A stretch of 64,000 nt of DNA from an uncultured Hyphomicrobiales bacterium (GTDB lineage: Bacteria; Bacteroidota; Ignavibacteria; Kapaibacteriales; UBA2268), in NCBI GenBank assembly GCA_964462685.1, contig CAYWYR010000006.1, positions 79,687 to 143,686 on the forward strand, read 5' to 3'. Position 1 is the stretch's first letter. Each line of letters opens with the position of its first letter. The translations under genes and the position numbers were made by a program. The notes below the pieces were generated by a model, which searched no databases, was not told where the DNA came from, and was given only the letters and a program-made list of their open reading frames with translations. This document shows, piece by piece, positions 1 through 10,434 of the stretch.

Positions 1-2751
1 TTCGATAATGACTACTGAATTGCCGTTTTCCACCAGTTTATCCAAGGCGCGTAGTAATTTTTCAATGTCATCCATGTGTAGGCCAGTGGTTGGCTCATCG
101 AAAATAAACAATGAACCACCATTGTCACCGCTATCCAGATAAGAAGACAACTTAATTCTTTGTGCTTCCCCGCCTGATAGATTAGAGCTTGGCTGCCCCA
201 TTTTCAGATACCCGACACCCACATCAGATAGTACCTGAAGCTTCTTCATTACTTTTTTGTCTTCGGCAAAAAACTCAATACCTTGGTCAATGGTCATTTC
301 AAGTATATCAACTATAGATTTCCCTTTGTAGAGAATATTTCGAGCGTCCTTGCCGTATCTGCTTCCTCCGCAGGCTTCGCAAGTGAGCTGTATATCAGAG
401 AGGAACTGCATATCAATAGTGATACTGCCCTCGCCTTCGCATACCTCGCAACGCCCTCCTGAAACATTAAATGAGAAAAATCCGGGCTTCAGACCCCGTA
501 CTTTTCCTTCAGGCGTCTGTGTAAAAATCTCCCTTATAGCATCAAACGCTTTATTATAGGTAATGGGGGTGGATCGGGATGAACGGCCGATAGGGGATTG
601 GTCTATCAGATAAATATCGTTCACGTCATCTGTACCGTCTATACTCGTGTGTTTCCCGATTTTACCATTGTAACCCGTTTTGATCCTTTTTACTCCAGCG
701 TACAGTATATCATTTACAAGTGTTGATTTACCACTTCCTGATACCCCTGTTACAACAGTCATAATACCCAGCGGGAAATCGGCCTTGTCCATTTTGAGAT
801 TGTTCTCTCGCGGATTATGGATCGTAAGGAATTTATCCGTCTTAGATCGTCTTGTTTTAGAGCTTTCTATCGTCAGTTCACCACGAAGGTATTTACCTGT
901 AAGGCTTTTACCCGTTTTGACGAGTTCATCGTAAGTACCGTGATAGACTACTTCTCCGCCCTCAGCTCCAGCTTTAGGGCCGATGTCTATTACGTTATCG
1001 GCTTCTTTCATTATCTCGGGATCATGCTCTACAACAAGTACTGTATTACCGATATTTCTTATTTTCTTGATAATCTTTATCAGCCGCTCGGTATCCCGTT
1101 GGTGCAGCCCTGTGGAGGGTTCGTCAAGTACGTATAGCGTTCCTACAAGAGAGGAGCCGAGAGCTGTCGATAGATTGATTCTCTGCGCTTCGCCGCCTGA
1201 TAGTGTGTGCATCATCCTGTTTAGCGTAAGATATTCAAGGCCGATATCAACCAAAAGAGCCAACCGCCATTTTAGCTCATCCATAACTTCTTTGACTACG
1301 CCAGCTTGGTACTCTGTAAATTGAAGTGAGTTGACCCACTCGGCAACTTGCCCGATAGGCATTTCGATTATTTCAGGTATATTTTTACCGCCTACGAAAA
1401 CCTGTCTGGCCGATGTGCGGAGCCTAGATCCGCCGCACGCCCAGCATTTAGTGTATGCCCGGTAGCGAGCTACTGTTACACGGTTCTGGACTTTATAGTT
1501 ATTATCCTGTAAGGATTTGAAAAAACCGTTTATTCCTTTGTATCTGCCGTCACCATCCCAGACTATTTCTTTTTCCTTGGGTGATAATTCGTAATAAGGC
1601 TTGTTCCTTGGTATGCCTTTACGCTCGATAGCCTGCATTAGCTCGAACTGCCACGAGCCGTGTTTGGCGCCTTTGAACGGTGCAATCGCTCCTTTTTGCA
1701 AAGTTACGGAGCTATCTGGCACAACGAGATTTTCGTCTATACCCATTGTCCTGCCAAAGCCTTGGCACTCCGGACACGCCCCAAAAGGATTGTTGAATGC
1801 GAATAGCCTCGGTTCGGGTTCTATATATACTCTGCCGCTCTCATTATCTTCATAGATATTTGAGTATCTATATGTCTCTTTGTTATCTAGATTATATACG
1901 GCTATTCGGCCTTCGCCGAACGCAAAAGCGGACTCTATGGAATCTGTAATCCGAGTAATGGATTCTTCATCTTTTCTAAGGGCAAGCCTATCTACCAAAA
2001 TATGGAAATCATCATGGTTGATATTTGCCGGCAACCTGTCTTCTTCCAAGTTGATTACCGAGCCGTCTTTCATTACAAGACGGAAGTACCCTTGCTCAAA
2101 ATAAGCTTTGATGCTTTTTTCTACATTAGTTACATTCGGCCCAAGCCTGAACATAATGTACAGCTTAGTACCTTCTTCAAACTCCGCGATGCTTTCAACA
2201 ACGGACTGCGGAGTATCTTTGCGGACAATATTGCCGGTATCCTTACATATCGTAACGCCGATCCTGCCATACATCAGCCTGATGTAATCATATATCTCGG
2301 TGGATGTACCAACGGTGGAGCGAGGATTTTTCTGTGGCGGGTGCTGTTCAATTGCGATTGAAGGCGGCAAGCCTTCAATTGAATCAACATCGGGTTTTGC
2401 CATCCTTTCCAGAAACTGCCTTGCATAGGATGAAAGTGATTCTACGAATCTTCTTTGCCCTTCCGCATAAACCGTATCAAAAGCAAGAGATGATTTGCCT
2501 GAACCGCTAACACCAGTTATAACAGAGAACCTGTTCCTCGGGATATCAATATCGATATTCTTCAGATTATGAAGCTTGGCACCTTTTACTTGTATCGTTT
2601 TAGGTTTGTTAACTTTAGATGAAGCGGTATTGATTGTTGCTTTTTTTGTAGTTTTTCTGGTGGACTTAATAGTATCCTTTTTTACCGCATCAGTTTCAGG
2701 TTTAGATGAAGTGGCTTTCTTTTTCGTATTTTTTGTTTTGGCAGTTGGCAT
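1..2751 (-). CDS. uvrA: Excinuclease ABC subunit A (UvrA); 3' end runs off the window edge, start codon ATG at 2751..2749
   Basis: The reverse-strand translation reads MPTAKTK...GVSGSGKSSLAFDT...LSGGEAQRI...LDEPTTGLH...NSVVIIE. Both ABC ATPase modules and the zinc-finger CxxC pairs typical of UvrA are present. The ORF is missing from the supplied track only because no stop lies inside the window. Confidence 0.93.
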   Translation of the reverse strand, partial: MPTAKTKNTKKKATSSKPETDAVKKDTIKSTRKTTKKATINTASSKVNKPKTIQVKGAKLHNLKNIDIDIPRNRFSVITGVSGSGKSSLAFDTVYAEGQRRFVESLSSYARQFLERMAKPDVDSIEGLPPSIAIEQHPPQKNPRSTVGTSTEIYDYIRLMYGRIGVTICKDTGNIVRKDTPQSVVESIAEFEEGTKLYIMFRLGPNVTNVEKSIKAYFEQGYFRLVMKDGSVINLEEDRLPANINHDDFHILVDRLALRKDEESITRITDSIESAFAFGEGRIAVYNLDNKETYRYSNIYEDNESGRVYIEPEPRLFAFNNPFGACPECQGFGRTMGIDENLVVPDSSVTLQKGAIAPFKGAKHGSWQFELMQAIERKGIPRNKPYYELSPKEKEIVWDGDGRYKGINGFFKSLQDNNYKVQNRVTVARYRAYTKCWACGGSRLRTSARQVFVGGKNIPEIIEMPIGQVAEWVNSLQFTEYQAGVVKEVMDELKWRLALLVDIGLEYLTLNRMMHTLSGGEAQRINLSTALGSSLVGTLYVLDEPSTGLHQRDTERLIKIIKKIRNIGNTVLVVEHDPEIMKEADNVIDIGPKAGAEGGEVVYHGTYDELVKTGKSLTGKYLRGELTIESSKTRRSKTDKFLTIHNPRENNLKMDKADFPLGIMTVVTGVSGSGKSTLVNDILYAGVKRIKTGYNGKIGKHTSIDGTDDVNDIYLIDQSPIGRSSRSTPITYNKAFDAIREIFTQTPEGKVRGLKPGFFSFNVSGGRCEVCEGEGSITIDMQFLSDIQLTCEACGGSRYGKDARNILYKGKSIVDILEMTIDQGIEFFAEDKKVMKKLQVLSDVGVGYLKMGQPSSNLSGGEAQRIKLSSYLDSGDNGGSLFIFDEPTTGLHMDDIEKLLRALDKLVENGNSVVIIE

Positions 2752-2782
2752 AGAATGCAAAATTAACAATAGCTGATCTGAT

Positions 2783-3805
2783 ATGAACCATTTTACACGA
2801 TATATATTCCTCGGTATTACAGTATTTATGATATTGATGTTTTCTGGCGGAGAATCCAGACTCCTCTCACAAGGTATAGACAATACCGCTATCCCGCCTT
2901 CATATAGGTTTTACAAGCAGCGGGGCGGGCTTATTATCGGGCTTTCTTATGCTAGTGGCGGCAATCCCGGCTTTTATGATTCAGAAGCTAACGCGGTGAT
3001 GGAGTCGGATGTGGATTTTGATAATGATCCGGATATTACACTCTTCACCGATGACGGCCTTAGGCTTTTGCGCGATACTATGGATAGTGTAAATAGACTC
3101 TGGGATACCGAGTACGACGATTTCGCGTTTAACCTCGGATATGAGATAGGAGATTTCTTGGTTTATTCAAAGTTGAACTATCAAGTAAGAAGTTATAATC
3201 TTAGATATACAGCTGTACAGTATAACCAAGCTTTCTTTGATAGGTTAGTCGTGCAGAGAAGAGAAGAGATAATTGTACCTGTTGATTCCGACAGTCGCTT
3301 CGGAAGTTTAGTCTTAGGAACCAGGTACACAGCAATCGATAATGAAAGTTTTAAAGTTTATATTAGGCCTGAAGGAAGGATCGATCTGATATCCGATGAC
3401 GCTCAGTTCTTTAACAATACTCCAAATATGCTTTCTATTCCTATCGGTTTCGTCACTGAGTTTAATTCGTTCGGCATTTTGCTAGAAAGCGGTTTCAATT
3501 TACGTGAGGGTAATATGAGCGAACAGTTCACTACTGATTTCTCTTTTTTCCTGAAAAATGTTACCAATACAGTCCTTTTTCTGGATGTTCAGTATGTCCA
3601 GTCACTGGATGATCCATTAAATGATGGTGATTTTATCCAGTTCCAGCATCCATCCGCTCCTTCTTATCTTACTGTAGCACCTGGCTTCAGTATTTTCTTC
3701 AATGATGCTTTTGATCTCAACTTCCGATACAGAGTTGATCTTTGGAACACCAATAATTACGGTATGAAAAGGTTCTCCATCGGTGCAAACTATATGCTGA
3801 GATAA
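2783..3805 (+). CDS. Hypothetical secreted / outer-membrane protein (signal peptide, beta-rich, aromatic-rich C-terminus)
   Basis: N-terminal hydrophobic signal-like segment (ILMFSGG), alternating hydrophobic pattern, no recognisable catalytic motifs. Confidence 0.3.
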   Translation: MNHFTRYIFLGITVFMILMFSGGESRLLSQGIDNTAIPPSYRFYKQRGGLIIGLSYASGGNPGFYDSEANAVMESDVDFDNDPDITLFTDDGLRLLRDTMDSVNRLWDTEYDDFAFNLGYEIGDFLVYSKLNYQVRSYNLRYTAVQYNQAFFDRLVVQRREEIIVPVDSDSRFGSLVLGTRYTAIDNESFKVYIRPEGRIDLISDDAQFFNNTPNMLSIPIGFVTEFNSFGILLESGFNLREGNMSEQFTTDFSFFLKNVTNTVLFLDVQYVQSLDDPLNDGDFIQFQHPSAPSYLTVAPGFSIFFNDAFDLNFRYRVDLWNTNNYGMKRFSIGANYMLR

Positions 3806-3828
3806 AGTGGATATGATAACAGGCTGAA

Positions 3829-5097
3829 CTAGTAGGTATTTTCGATTTCATTATCTTCTCCTAAATCTTCGGAAACATCCTGATTATTTTTATCAATGGT
3901 CAGGATGGATTCCCTAAAGCTTATGCCGTGGGTACCGGCCGAAGATGATATATTCAGCAGTATCCCAATAGCCGCTGAATATATGAATATCGCAGTACCG
4001 CCAAATGATATAAACGGTAGAGGAACCCCGGTAGGCGGGAGTAGATTTGTGTTTACCATTGCGTTGACAAACACATAAACCGCAAATGTGATTATTATTC
4101 CGATAGCCAAGAAATATCCGAAATTATTCGGTGCCCTCTTTGCCACGATCATACCTCTCATGAATATCCACATATAGAGGGAAATAACTATAAGCAAACC
4201 TATAAATCCGTATTCTTCACCGATGACTGCAAAAATAAAATCACCGAACGATTCTGGCAGGAATAACTCACTCTGGCGGGACTGCCCAGGGCCTACTCCT
4301 GAAATGCCGCCGTTACCAAGTGCTATAAGTGCCTGACGTGTCTGATAAGATACATTTTCGGCAATATTACCGTCCGCGGTACCAAAAAAAGCTTTAAGTC
4401 TGTTGAGTCTATATTCGGCTGATACGAAATACACACCGCCCGCGAGTGCCCCGAACAAGGCTGTCCAACCGAGGTATTTAGCCCGAACATTACCCACAAA
4501 CATTATTAAAAAAGAAATTGTGAATATCACGGCCATAGTGGAGAAATTGGGCTGTAGGGCTATAAGCCCGCAGGTGAGTACTGTCCAGAATACAAATGGT
4601 ATAAAGCCGTTCCCGAAACCATCGATATACGACTGTTTTGCCGAGAGCATGGAGGCAAAGTGAATGACAATAGCAAACTTCGCTATCTCCGAAGGTTGGA
4701 AGGATATGAAACCGAGATCGATCCAACGGGTCGCACCCTTTTCGGTAGTTCCTATAAGCAGAACCAGCACCAATAGGATAACTGAACCGATCAGCAGAGG
4801 TTTGGATAAAGGACGGAGTAGATTATAGTCAAATTTGGCAAAAAACAGGATGATTCCGATACCCATCAGTACTTTCACCGCATGGCTGAAAGCAAAAAAT
4901 GAAGGGCTTCCAGCTTTGGCAAGCCCCTGGCTTGCGCTACCGCCATAAACAAAAGCAATCCCGCCCAGCATAAGCATGATCACTGGAACAAAAATGCTCC
5001 AGTCGATCTTATTCGGTTTACTGGAAACTGATTCCATGCTACTAGGATCAAATGTATTATCGCCAGTAGCTGCAAAAGTATCGCTTGCCATTATCAT
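3829..5097 (-). CDS. ftsW: SEDS-family peptidoglycan glycosyltransferase, FtsW-like (adjacent to murD)
   Basis: Multi-TM protein with C-terminal PTGVPLPFISFGGTAIFIYSAAIGILLNIS motif typical of FtsW/RodA. It lies immediately downstream of murD, as in dcw clusters. Confidence 0.8.
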   Translation of the reverse strand: MIMASDTFAATGDNTFDPSSMESVSSKPNKIDWSIFVPVIMLMLGGIAFVYGGSASQGLAKAGSPSFFAFSHAVKVLMGIGIILFFAKFDYNLLRPLSKPLLIGSVILLVLVLLIGTTEKGATRWIDLGFISFQPSEIAKFAIVIHFASMLSAKQSYIDGFGNGFIPFVFWTVLTCGLIALQPNFSTMAVIFTISFLIMFVGNVRAKYLGWTALFGALAGGVYFVSAEYRLNRLKAFFGTADGNIAENVSYQTRQALIALGNGGISGVGPGQSRQSELFLPESFGDFIFAVIGEEYGFIGLLIVISLYMWIFMRGMIVAKRAPNNFGYFLAIGIIITFAVYVFVNAMVNTNLLPPTGVPLPFISFGGTAIFIYSAAIGILLNISSSAGTHGISFRESILTIDKNNQDVSEDLGEDNEIENTY

Positions 5098-5189
5098 TCC
5101 CCCTTATGATAATTTTATCTAAGCTCAAAAATATCATATTGATCCATCAACTGCAACTGTGGCATTAGTGTAGCATGGAATGCACGCTA

Positions 5190-6560
5190 TTATAAGAGTT
5201 CGCCCACTAACTCTTTGAAATGCCTTCCACGCTCTTCATAGTTGGTGTATTGATCAAAACTCTTACAGGCAGGCGATAGAAGTATTATATCCCCATCCTC
5301 TGCCATGGAGTTAGCCAGCTGAACGGCTTCTTCCAGATCAACTGTTTTATCACAGGATACCATAGATGAGTATGTAGAGAAAATCTCCGATGCGTCATTG
5401 CCGAAGGAAATAACGTTTTTGACTTTCTTTTTCACAAGTTCGGCTATTGAATAATAATCATTGTTATCACCTTCGCCGCCGGCCAGCCATATTATCGGCC
5501 TTTCAAAACTGGATAAGCCATACCAAGCTGCGTTAATATTAGTGGCTTTGGAATCGTTGTACCAGTCGGCTCCATCCAGTTTGGCTACGTGCTCTAGCCT
5601 GTGTTCCACACCTCTGAAAGATGTTATTGAATCACGAATGTCTTCATCTGGTATCTCTAAGTATCTACAGGCAAGGATAGCCGCTAATGTATTTTGCACA
5701 TTATGGCTACCCGGTATCGCGATTTGCGATATAGGCATGAATTCCCCCGAATCTTTATGCTGCTTTAAAAAGATCCTATCATGCGTTGCATAGATATCTG
5801 TCTCATCACTTTTCAGCGAAAATCTTGATACTTTAGCGTCAGTTATTCTGTCGGGCATTTCCCCTCCGATGTTAAAATCGGTAGCCCTTAACTCACGAGC
5901 AAGCAGTGGATCGTCTTCATTCAAAATTAACGAATCGGATGGTTTCTGATTTAGTGTAATTTTCCACTTTGCACGAAAGTAATCCACAAACTTCCCGTGA
6001 TAGCTAAGGTGATCGGGGGTTATATTGCAGAATACTGCCACATCAGGCCTGAATTCCTTGATTCTATCAAGTTGATAGCTTGAGGCTTCGATGACTATAA
6101 TTTTGCCGGATTCCTGCCCTATATAAGAACTCAGCGGCGTACCTACATTACCGCATAGTAACGGCTCACCGCCAGATTCTTGGATAATATGATTAATCAG
6201 GTTTACTATAGTTGTTTTACCGTTGGTACCGGTAACTGCAACAATTGCTTTTTGTCCATTCAAATTTTGGTATGCATATTCCAGCTCTGATATTATAGGT
6301 ATATTCTTTTCTTCAGCTTTTATAAAGTAGGGAAATGATGGTGGCACTCCAGGTGACGTGATAACCAAGTCAGTATCGAGAATTTTATCTGTATGCTCAC
6401 CGAATTCAAAGCTTATTTCAATTGCTTTTAATTCTTCGATAAGAGCTTTGTTTTTTTCTGAGCTGCTGGCTTCACTTATAAAAACTGAATGCCCTTTACT
6501 TTTTGCGAGTTTTGCAGCAGCTATTCCGCTTTTGCCAGCACCAATTACGCTTATTCTCAT
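5190..6560 (-). CDS. murD: UDP-N-acetylmuramoyl-L-alanine--D-glutamate ligase (MurD)
   Basis: N-terminal GAGKSG Rossmann-like segment, Mur ligase P-loop VTGTNGKTT, length 456 aa, followed by ftsW. Confidence 0.85.
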   Translation of the reverse strand: MRISVIGAGKSGIAAAKLAKSKGHSVFISEASSSEKNKALIEELKAIEISFEFGEHTDKILDTDLVITSPGVPPSFPYFIKAEEKNIPIISELEYAYQNLNGQKAIVAVTGTNGKTTIVNLINHIIQESGGEPLLCGNVGTPLSSYIGQESGKIIVIEASSYQLDRIKEFRPDVAVFCNITPDHLSYHGKFVDYFRAKWKITLNQKPSDSLILNEDDPLLARELRATDFNIGGEMPDRITDAKVSRFSLKSDETDIYATHDRIFLKQHKDSGEFMPISQIAIPGSHNVQNTLAAILACRYLEIPDEDIRDSITSFRGVEHRLEHVAKLDGADWYNDSKATNINAAWYGLSSFERPIIWLAGGEGDNNDYYSIAELVKKKVKNVISFGNDASEIFSTYSSMVSCDKTVDLEEAVQLANSMAEDGDIILLSPACKSFDQYTNYEERGRHFKELVGELL

Positions 6561-6628
6561 ACTATTTCTATTTACATCCGTTGATAAATAAATCCATGAC
6601 TACAGGAATCACTCAGCTTGTAATATAA

Positions 6629-8752
6629 ATGTTTATTTTGATCTTAAACCTTATAGATATAGCTTTTCATTCAATAACTTTTAGGCTTGCTCTATTTTCG
6701 GCGATAGCTTTTAACAGCTACCAGATAGAATCGCAGGAAAGGACTGAATATCTGCGTATTCAATTTGCTGACAAAGGTATTTACGGTAATTCAATCGATA
6801 CTGAGGCCGAATATCAAATCGCCTTAAGCCAACTTAGCCAAAGCACGATAAAAAGGCGGATTCTGCAATACGATTATCTAAAAAGTGATAGCAGGGTAGC
6901 GAGCTTCGAAGATTTACCAGTTAGCGATGAATATATAGATAATATTATTCAAATGGGTGGGGAGTATGAAGTAAGCTCCCGGTGGTATAATTATGCGGTT
7001 TTTGGTTTTGTAGGGGATCGAGATAGCCTAATCGAAATTATTGCGAACCTTGATTTTACTGATCGAGTTGAGTGGATAGGCCAGCCATTGGGCGTAGGCG
7101 GTATTGAGGAAATACAAGTTGATTCAGTCACAGATCAGCATCACCTATTGAGTGGTTGTGATTCCACTTTAGCTTATCGTTTCTCTACCAATCAGCTTAG
7201 CCGGCTTCAGATAATGGATCTGCATAAAAAAGGATGGGCTGGGCAAGGCGTTAATATCGCTTTGATTGATAACGGATTTATAACTACCCATGATGATATT
7301 CAGCATATTTTGCTAAATGATGTCTATGATTTTATCCAAAGAGATGAGACGGTAAGCAATCAGGAAGGGGACGCTGATAATCAAGATGATCACGGTACTT
7401 ATGTTCTCGGTACTATCGCCGCTTTTCATCCAGGTGTATTTATAGGCTCAGCACCACTAGCCACTTTTTCTTTATACAAGACTGAAGTCATGCAATCCGA
7501 AACTCCTCTGGAAGTAGAATACCTTATTGCAGCTATTGAAAGAGCGGAGCGTACCGGGGCTGATATAATTTCTGTGTCACTGGGTTACCGTTACTTCGAT
7601 CAGCCTTTTGATGAATTTGAGACTGAAGATCTGGATGGAATTACTGTAGGCGCTTCCATCGCTTTTGATAGAGCCTCTGATCTTGGGGTTATATGTGTTT
7701 CGAGTGCTGGTAATAGCGGCGATACCCAAACTACCATAGGTAGCCCCGCCGATTCAAGAAAAGGTATTGCTGTAGGCGCATTGAATAGCTCTCACACACG
7801 AAATACAAGCTTTTCATCTTTTGGGCCAACTGCTGACGGCCGGCCAAAGCCAGATATTTTCGCTCAGGGAAGTAGGGTTACCACTATCAGTCCATTCAAT
7901 AACACATCGTATTCTCAAGTAAACGGCACATCATTTTCAGCTCCCATAGTTGCTGGTCTTTTGGCTAGTATGATGTCCTCTATGCCCGATATAGCCCCCG
8001 ATAGCCTGAAAAAAGTATTTCTCAATAGCCAGGGCGATATGCGTTATGGTAGAGATAGTGTTGCAGGTTATCCGCTTGTATATGATGCTTCTTCCGACGT
8101 AAGGCCAGTGCCGACTATCCCGATGTACTATGATCTGTATGAGGATGGAATCAAATACAGAAGGTTCTTTATCCAATATGATGAAAGTCAATTTGAAAGT
8201 ATAGATGACATTCTGCAGAGACTACAGATTTTAGATCCGGATAACAATCCAGAAACTTTTTATCTTAAGCGATATTTCGATAGTGGGATTTTTTACTGCG
8301 ACATAGATAAAAGCAAGTATGGAGACTCTGTATATGTTGCTTTGGATCTGTCTGATGTTCACAGGCCGAATAGATTGATTTACCATGCCTATGCAAACCA
8401 GACAATTAACAGTGATTTTACATTATGCGAATTAGAGCTACCTGATTTGAGCGATGTATCACCGGAAGCATTTTTAGATAATTTTAATCAGCCGTTTGAT
8501 ATAAAGTTCTTTGCACACTTCAGAAGTGATTCAGATCTGGAAATTCTTTATCAGTTCTCGGCATCCGCAAATGTAAGCTTCGCCTTGCATGATGTGAACG
8601 GCAAACTTATATCAAAAGAAGAGAGATTAATCGGGAATGGTGTAGACAAGCTAACTCTCGGAAATTTCAATACGCTGGCAATAGGTAATTACTTCTTGCA
8701 GTATAGGGTAGGGGAAAGCCAACTAGAAACAATAATTATCCCCAAAAGATAA
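6629..8752 (+). CDS. Subtilisin-like serine peptidase (S8) with probable T9SS C-terminal sorting domain
   Basis: Catalytic triad contexts IALIDNGF (Asp), DHGTYVLGTIAA (His), GTSFSAPIVAGL (Ser). The last ~80 aa are beta-rich and end ...LQYRVGESQLETIIIPKR, as in Por-secretion CTDs. Confidence 0.8.
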   Translation: MFILILNLIDIAFHSITFRLALFSAIAFNSYQIESQERTEYLRIQFADKGIYGNSIDTEAEYQIALSQLSQSTIKRRILQYDYLKSDSRVASFEDLPVSDEYIDNIIQMGGEYEVSSRWYNYAVFGFVGDRDSLIEIIANLDFTDRVEWIGQPLGVGGIEEIQVDSVTDQHHLLSGCDSTLAYRFSTNQLSRLQIMDLHKKGWAGQGVNIALIDNGFITTHDDIQHILLNDVYDFIQRDETVSNQEGDADNQDDHGTYVLGTIAAFHPGVFIGSAPLATFSLYKTEVMQSETPLEVEYLIAAIERAERTGADIISVSLGYRYFDQPFDEFETEDLDGITVGASIAFDRASDLGVICVSSAGNSGDTQTTIGSPADSRKGIAVGALNSSHTRNTSFSSFGPTADGRPKPDIFAQGSRVTTISPFNNTSYSQVNGTSFSAPIVAGLLASMMSSMPDIAPDSLKKVFLNSQGDMRYGRDSVAGYPLVYDASSDVRPVPTIPMYYDLYEDGIKYRRFFIQYDESQFESIDDILQRLQILDPDNNPETFYLKRYFDSGIFYCDIDKSKYGDSVYVALDLSDVHRPNRLIYHAYANQTINSDFTLCELELPDLSDVSPEAFLDNFNQPFDIKFFAHFRSDSDLEILYQFSASANVSFALHDVNGKLISKEERLIGNGVDKLTLGNFNTLAIGNYFLQYRVGESQLETIIIPKR

Positions 8753-8852
8753 AAAATAAGATTTCTGTTTGGATTTGTCGGATCATCTACCTAATTTTGT
8801 TCTCTCTTTTAAGGCGGTCATGTCAAAACAAGAGTAATTCCAGTAAACATAA

Positions 8853-8925
<73 letters not shown>

Positions 8926-8945
8926 CAATAAAGAGAAATATATTT

Positions 8946-9020
8946 GGGGTTGTAGCTCAGCTTGGTTAGAGCGCCAGTCTGTCACACTGGAGGTCGCGAG
9001 TTCGATCCTCGTCAGCCCCG
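8946..9020 (+). tRNA. tRNA-Asp (anticodon GUC)
   Basis: GGGGTTG acceptor, D-arm GCTCAGCTTGGTTAGAGC, anticodon loop CT-GTC-AC, T-arm GCGAGTTCGATCCTCGT, discriminator G. Confidence 0.85.
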
Positions 9021-9028
9021 CTCCCATA

Positions 9029-9062
9029 AAGCCTATTCTATTTTAGAATCGGCTTTTTTTTT
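9029..9062. terminator. Intrinsic terminator-like hairpin plus T-run between the tRNA pair and the convergent ATPase gene
   Basis: GCCTATTCTA / TAGAATCGGC imperfect stem followed by TTTTTTTTT. Confidence 0.45.
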
Positions 9063-9099
9063 GTTCCCTTGATATTAATGCATTATATACTTTTTATCA

Positions 9100-10281
9100 T
9101 CAGAACCATTTCTTGTACTCATTTATTAGTTTTTCTGCCCCCACAACATAAATGTTTTCTTCTATTGGGAATTCGTCATCCCCGGGTGTGACGATCAAAT
9201 TAATAGGGGAATTGATATCCTTAAATGCCTGCCGGTTACCTTTTGTTAGTTTAGGTGCTGATGAATATTTTATTTCTATCGATACTTTAGGTTTGAAACC
9301 TTGAAGTAAAACCAAATCGATTTCAGCGCCTTGTTGGGTTCGATAAAAGAAATACCGATATTTGTCTTGCAGTATCGATATTATCTGGTCAATAACATAT
9401 CCTTCCCAAGAATTGCCGATAATAGTATTCCCAGCCAGTTCATCATATGATTGAATATTCAACAGATGATGTAATACCCCTGAATCTCTGATATATACTT
9501 TAGGGCTCTTGACTAGTCTTTTCTTCAGATTTGTTTCGTACGGCATGAGCATACGGATTATGAATGCTTCACTCAGAAAATCAATATATCGCTTTGCCGT
9601 TGGGTTACTCACTCCTAATGCTCTCGATAATCTTGTGACTTCTAAAAGATTACCGTGTTGGCTTGCTAATAGTTGCCATAGTTTATAATTGAGAGTAGGA
9701 TTTATATTTAGACCCAATCTTATAAGGTCCCTTTCTATATAAGTCTTGATATAGTTTTTATGCCATCTATATATCTGTTCGGGTGTATTGGCTTGTAACG
9801 CATCAGGAAAGCCGCCATTTATCCAGTGATGGTTTTGGGCATAACTATCGCTGATCTCTAAGTAATTGAATGGCGTGAGTTCTTTATAAGCTATTCTGCC
9901 AGCTAACGATTCAGATGAATCCCTTATTAAATCTGGGCTTGCCGATCCAGTTAAGATAAATCTACCGGGTTTTCTATTAGCATCGATTTCGCTCCTCAGG
10001 ATGGGGAACAAGGATTTGTCCCTTTGTATTTCGTCTATTATGATGCATGAGTCTCTGTTTTGCTCAAAATATAACTGTGGCTCAGAAAGCTTTAACTGAT
10101 CTCTTGGGCTCTCTAAATCAAGATATACTACATTTTTAAGCATCATCTTAGATAAGATTTCCTTTACTAATGTAGTTTTGCCTACCTGTCTGGGCCCGAT
10201 AACTCCTAAGGCGGGGAATTGTGTTAGTATTTCTGCACATTCATCTGCTATTTGTCTATTTATCATGGACAAAAATATCAA
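9100..10281 (-). CDS. AAA+ ATPase of the DUF4143 (AAA_14) family
   Basis: Walker A GPRQVGKTTL near N-terminus, ~390 aa with C-terminal DUF4143-like region; this family often sits next to tRNA genes. Confidence 0.6.
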   Translation of the reverse strand: MIFLSMINRQIADECAEILTQFPALGVIGPRQVGKTTLVKEILSKMMLKNVVYLDLESPRDQLKLSEPQLYFEQNRDSCIIIDEIQRDKSLFPILRSEIDANRKPGRFILTGSASPDLIRDSSESLAGRIAYKELTPFNYLEISDSYAQNHHWINGGFPDALQANTPEQIYRWHKNYIKTYIERDLIRLGLNINPTLNYKLWQLLASQHGNLLEVTRLSRALGVSNPTAKRYIDFLSEAFIIRMLMPYETNLKKRLVKSPKVYIRDSGVLHHLLNIQSYDELAGNTIIGNSWEGYVIDQIISILQDKYRYFFYRTQQGAEIDLVLLQGFKPKVSIEIKYSSAPKLTKGNRQAFKDINSPINLIVTPGDDEFPIEENIYVVGAEKLINEYKKWF

Positions 10282-10361
10282 TCTTCCATGAAATATTAAA
10301 GATCATCTTTAAAATTTCATGGATAATACTATTCAATTCATCATCAATTCATTATTTTGGT

Positions 10362-10397
10362 CAAAAAAAAAGCCTGAAAGTATTTTGCTTTCAGGCT
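10362..10397 (-). terminator. Intrinsic terminator for the P5C dehydrogenase gene
   Basis: AGCCTGAAAG...CTTTCAGGCT 10-bp stem; the A8 run on the plus strand gives a T-run on the minus strand. Confidence 0.6.
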
Positions 10398-10434
10398 GGC
10401 TGTATCATTAAAATGCGATTTGAAGTATTTCTAT

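Noticed and set aside
350-2776. Several plus-strand ORFs (350..559, 680..934, 817..1137, 983..1324, 1601..1855, 1880..2104, 2002..2361, 2304..2510, 2576..2776)
   Set aside because: All lie antisense within the uvrA coding region, whose minus-strand translation is an unmistakable UvrA. They have low-complexity, atypical composition and are spurious.
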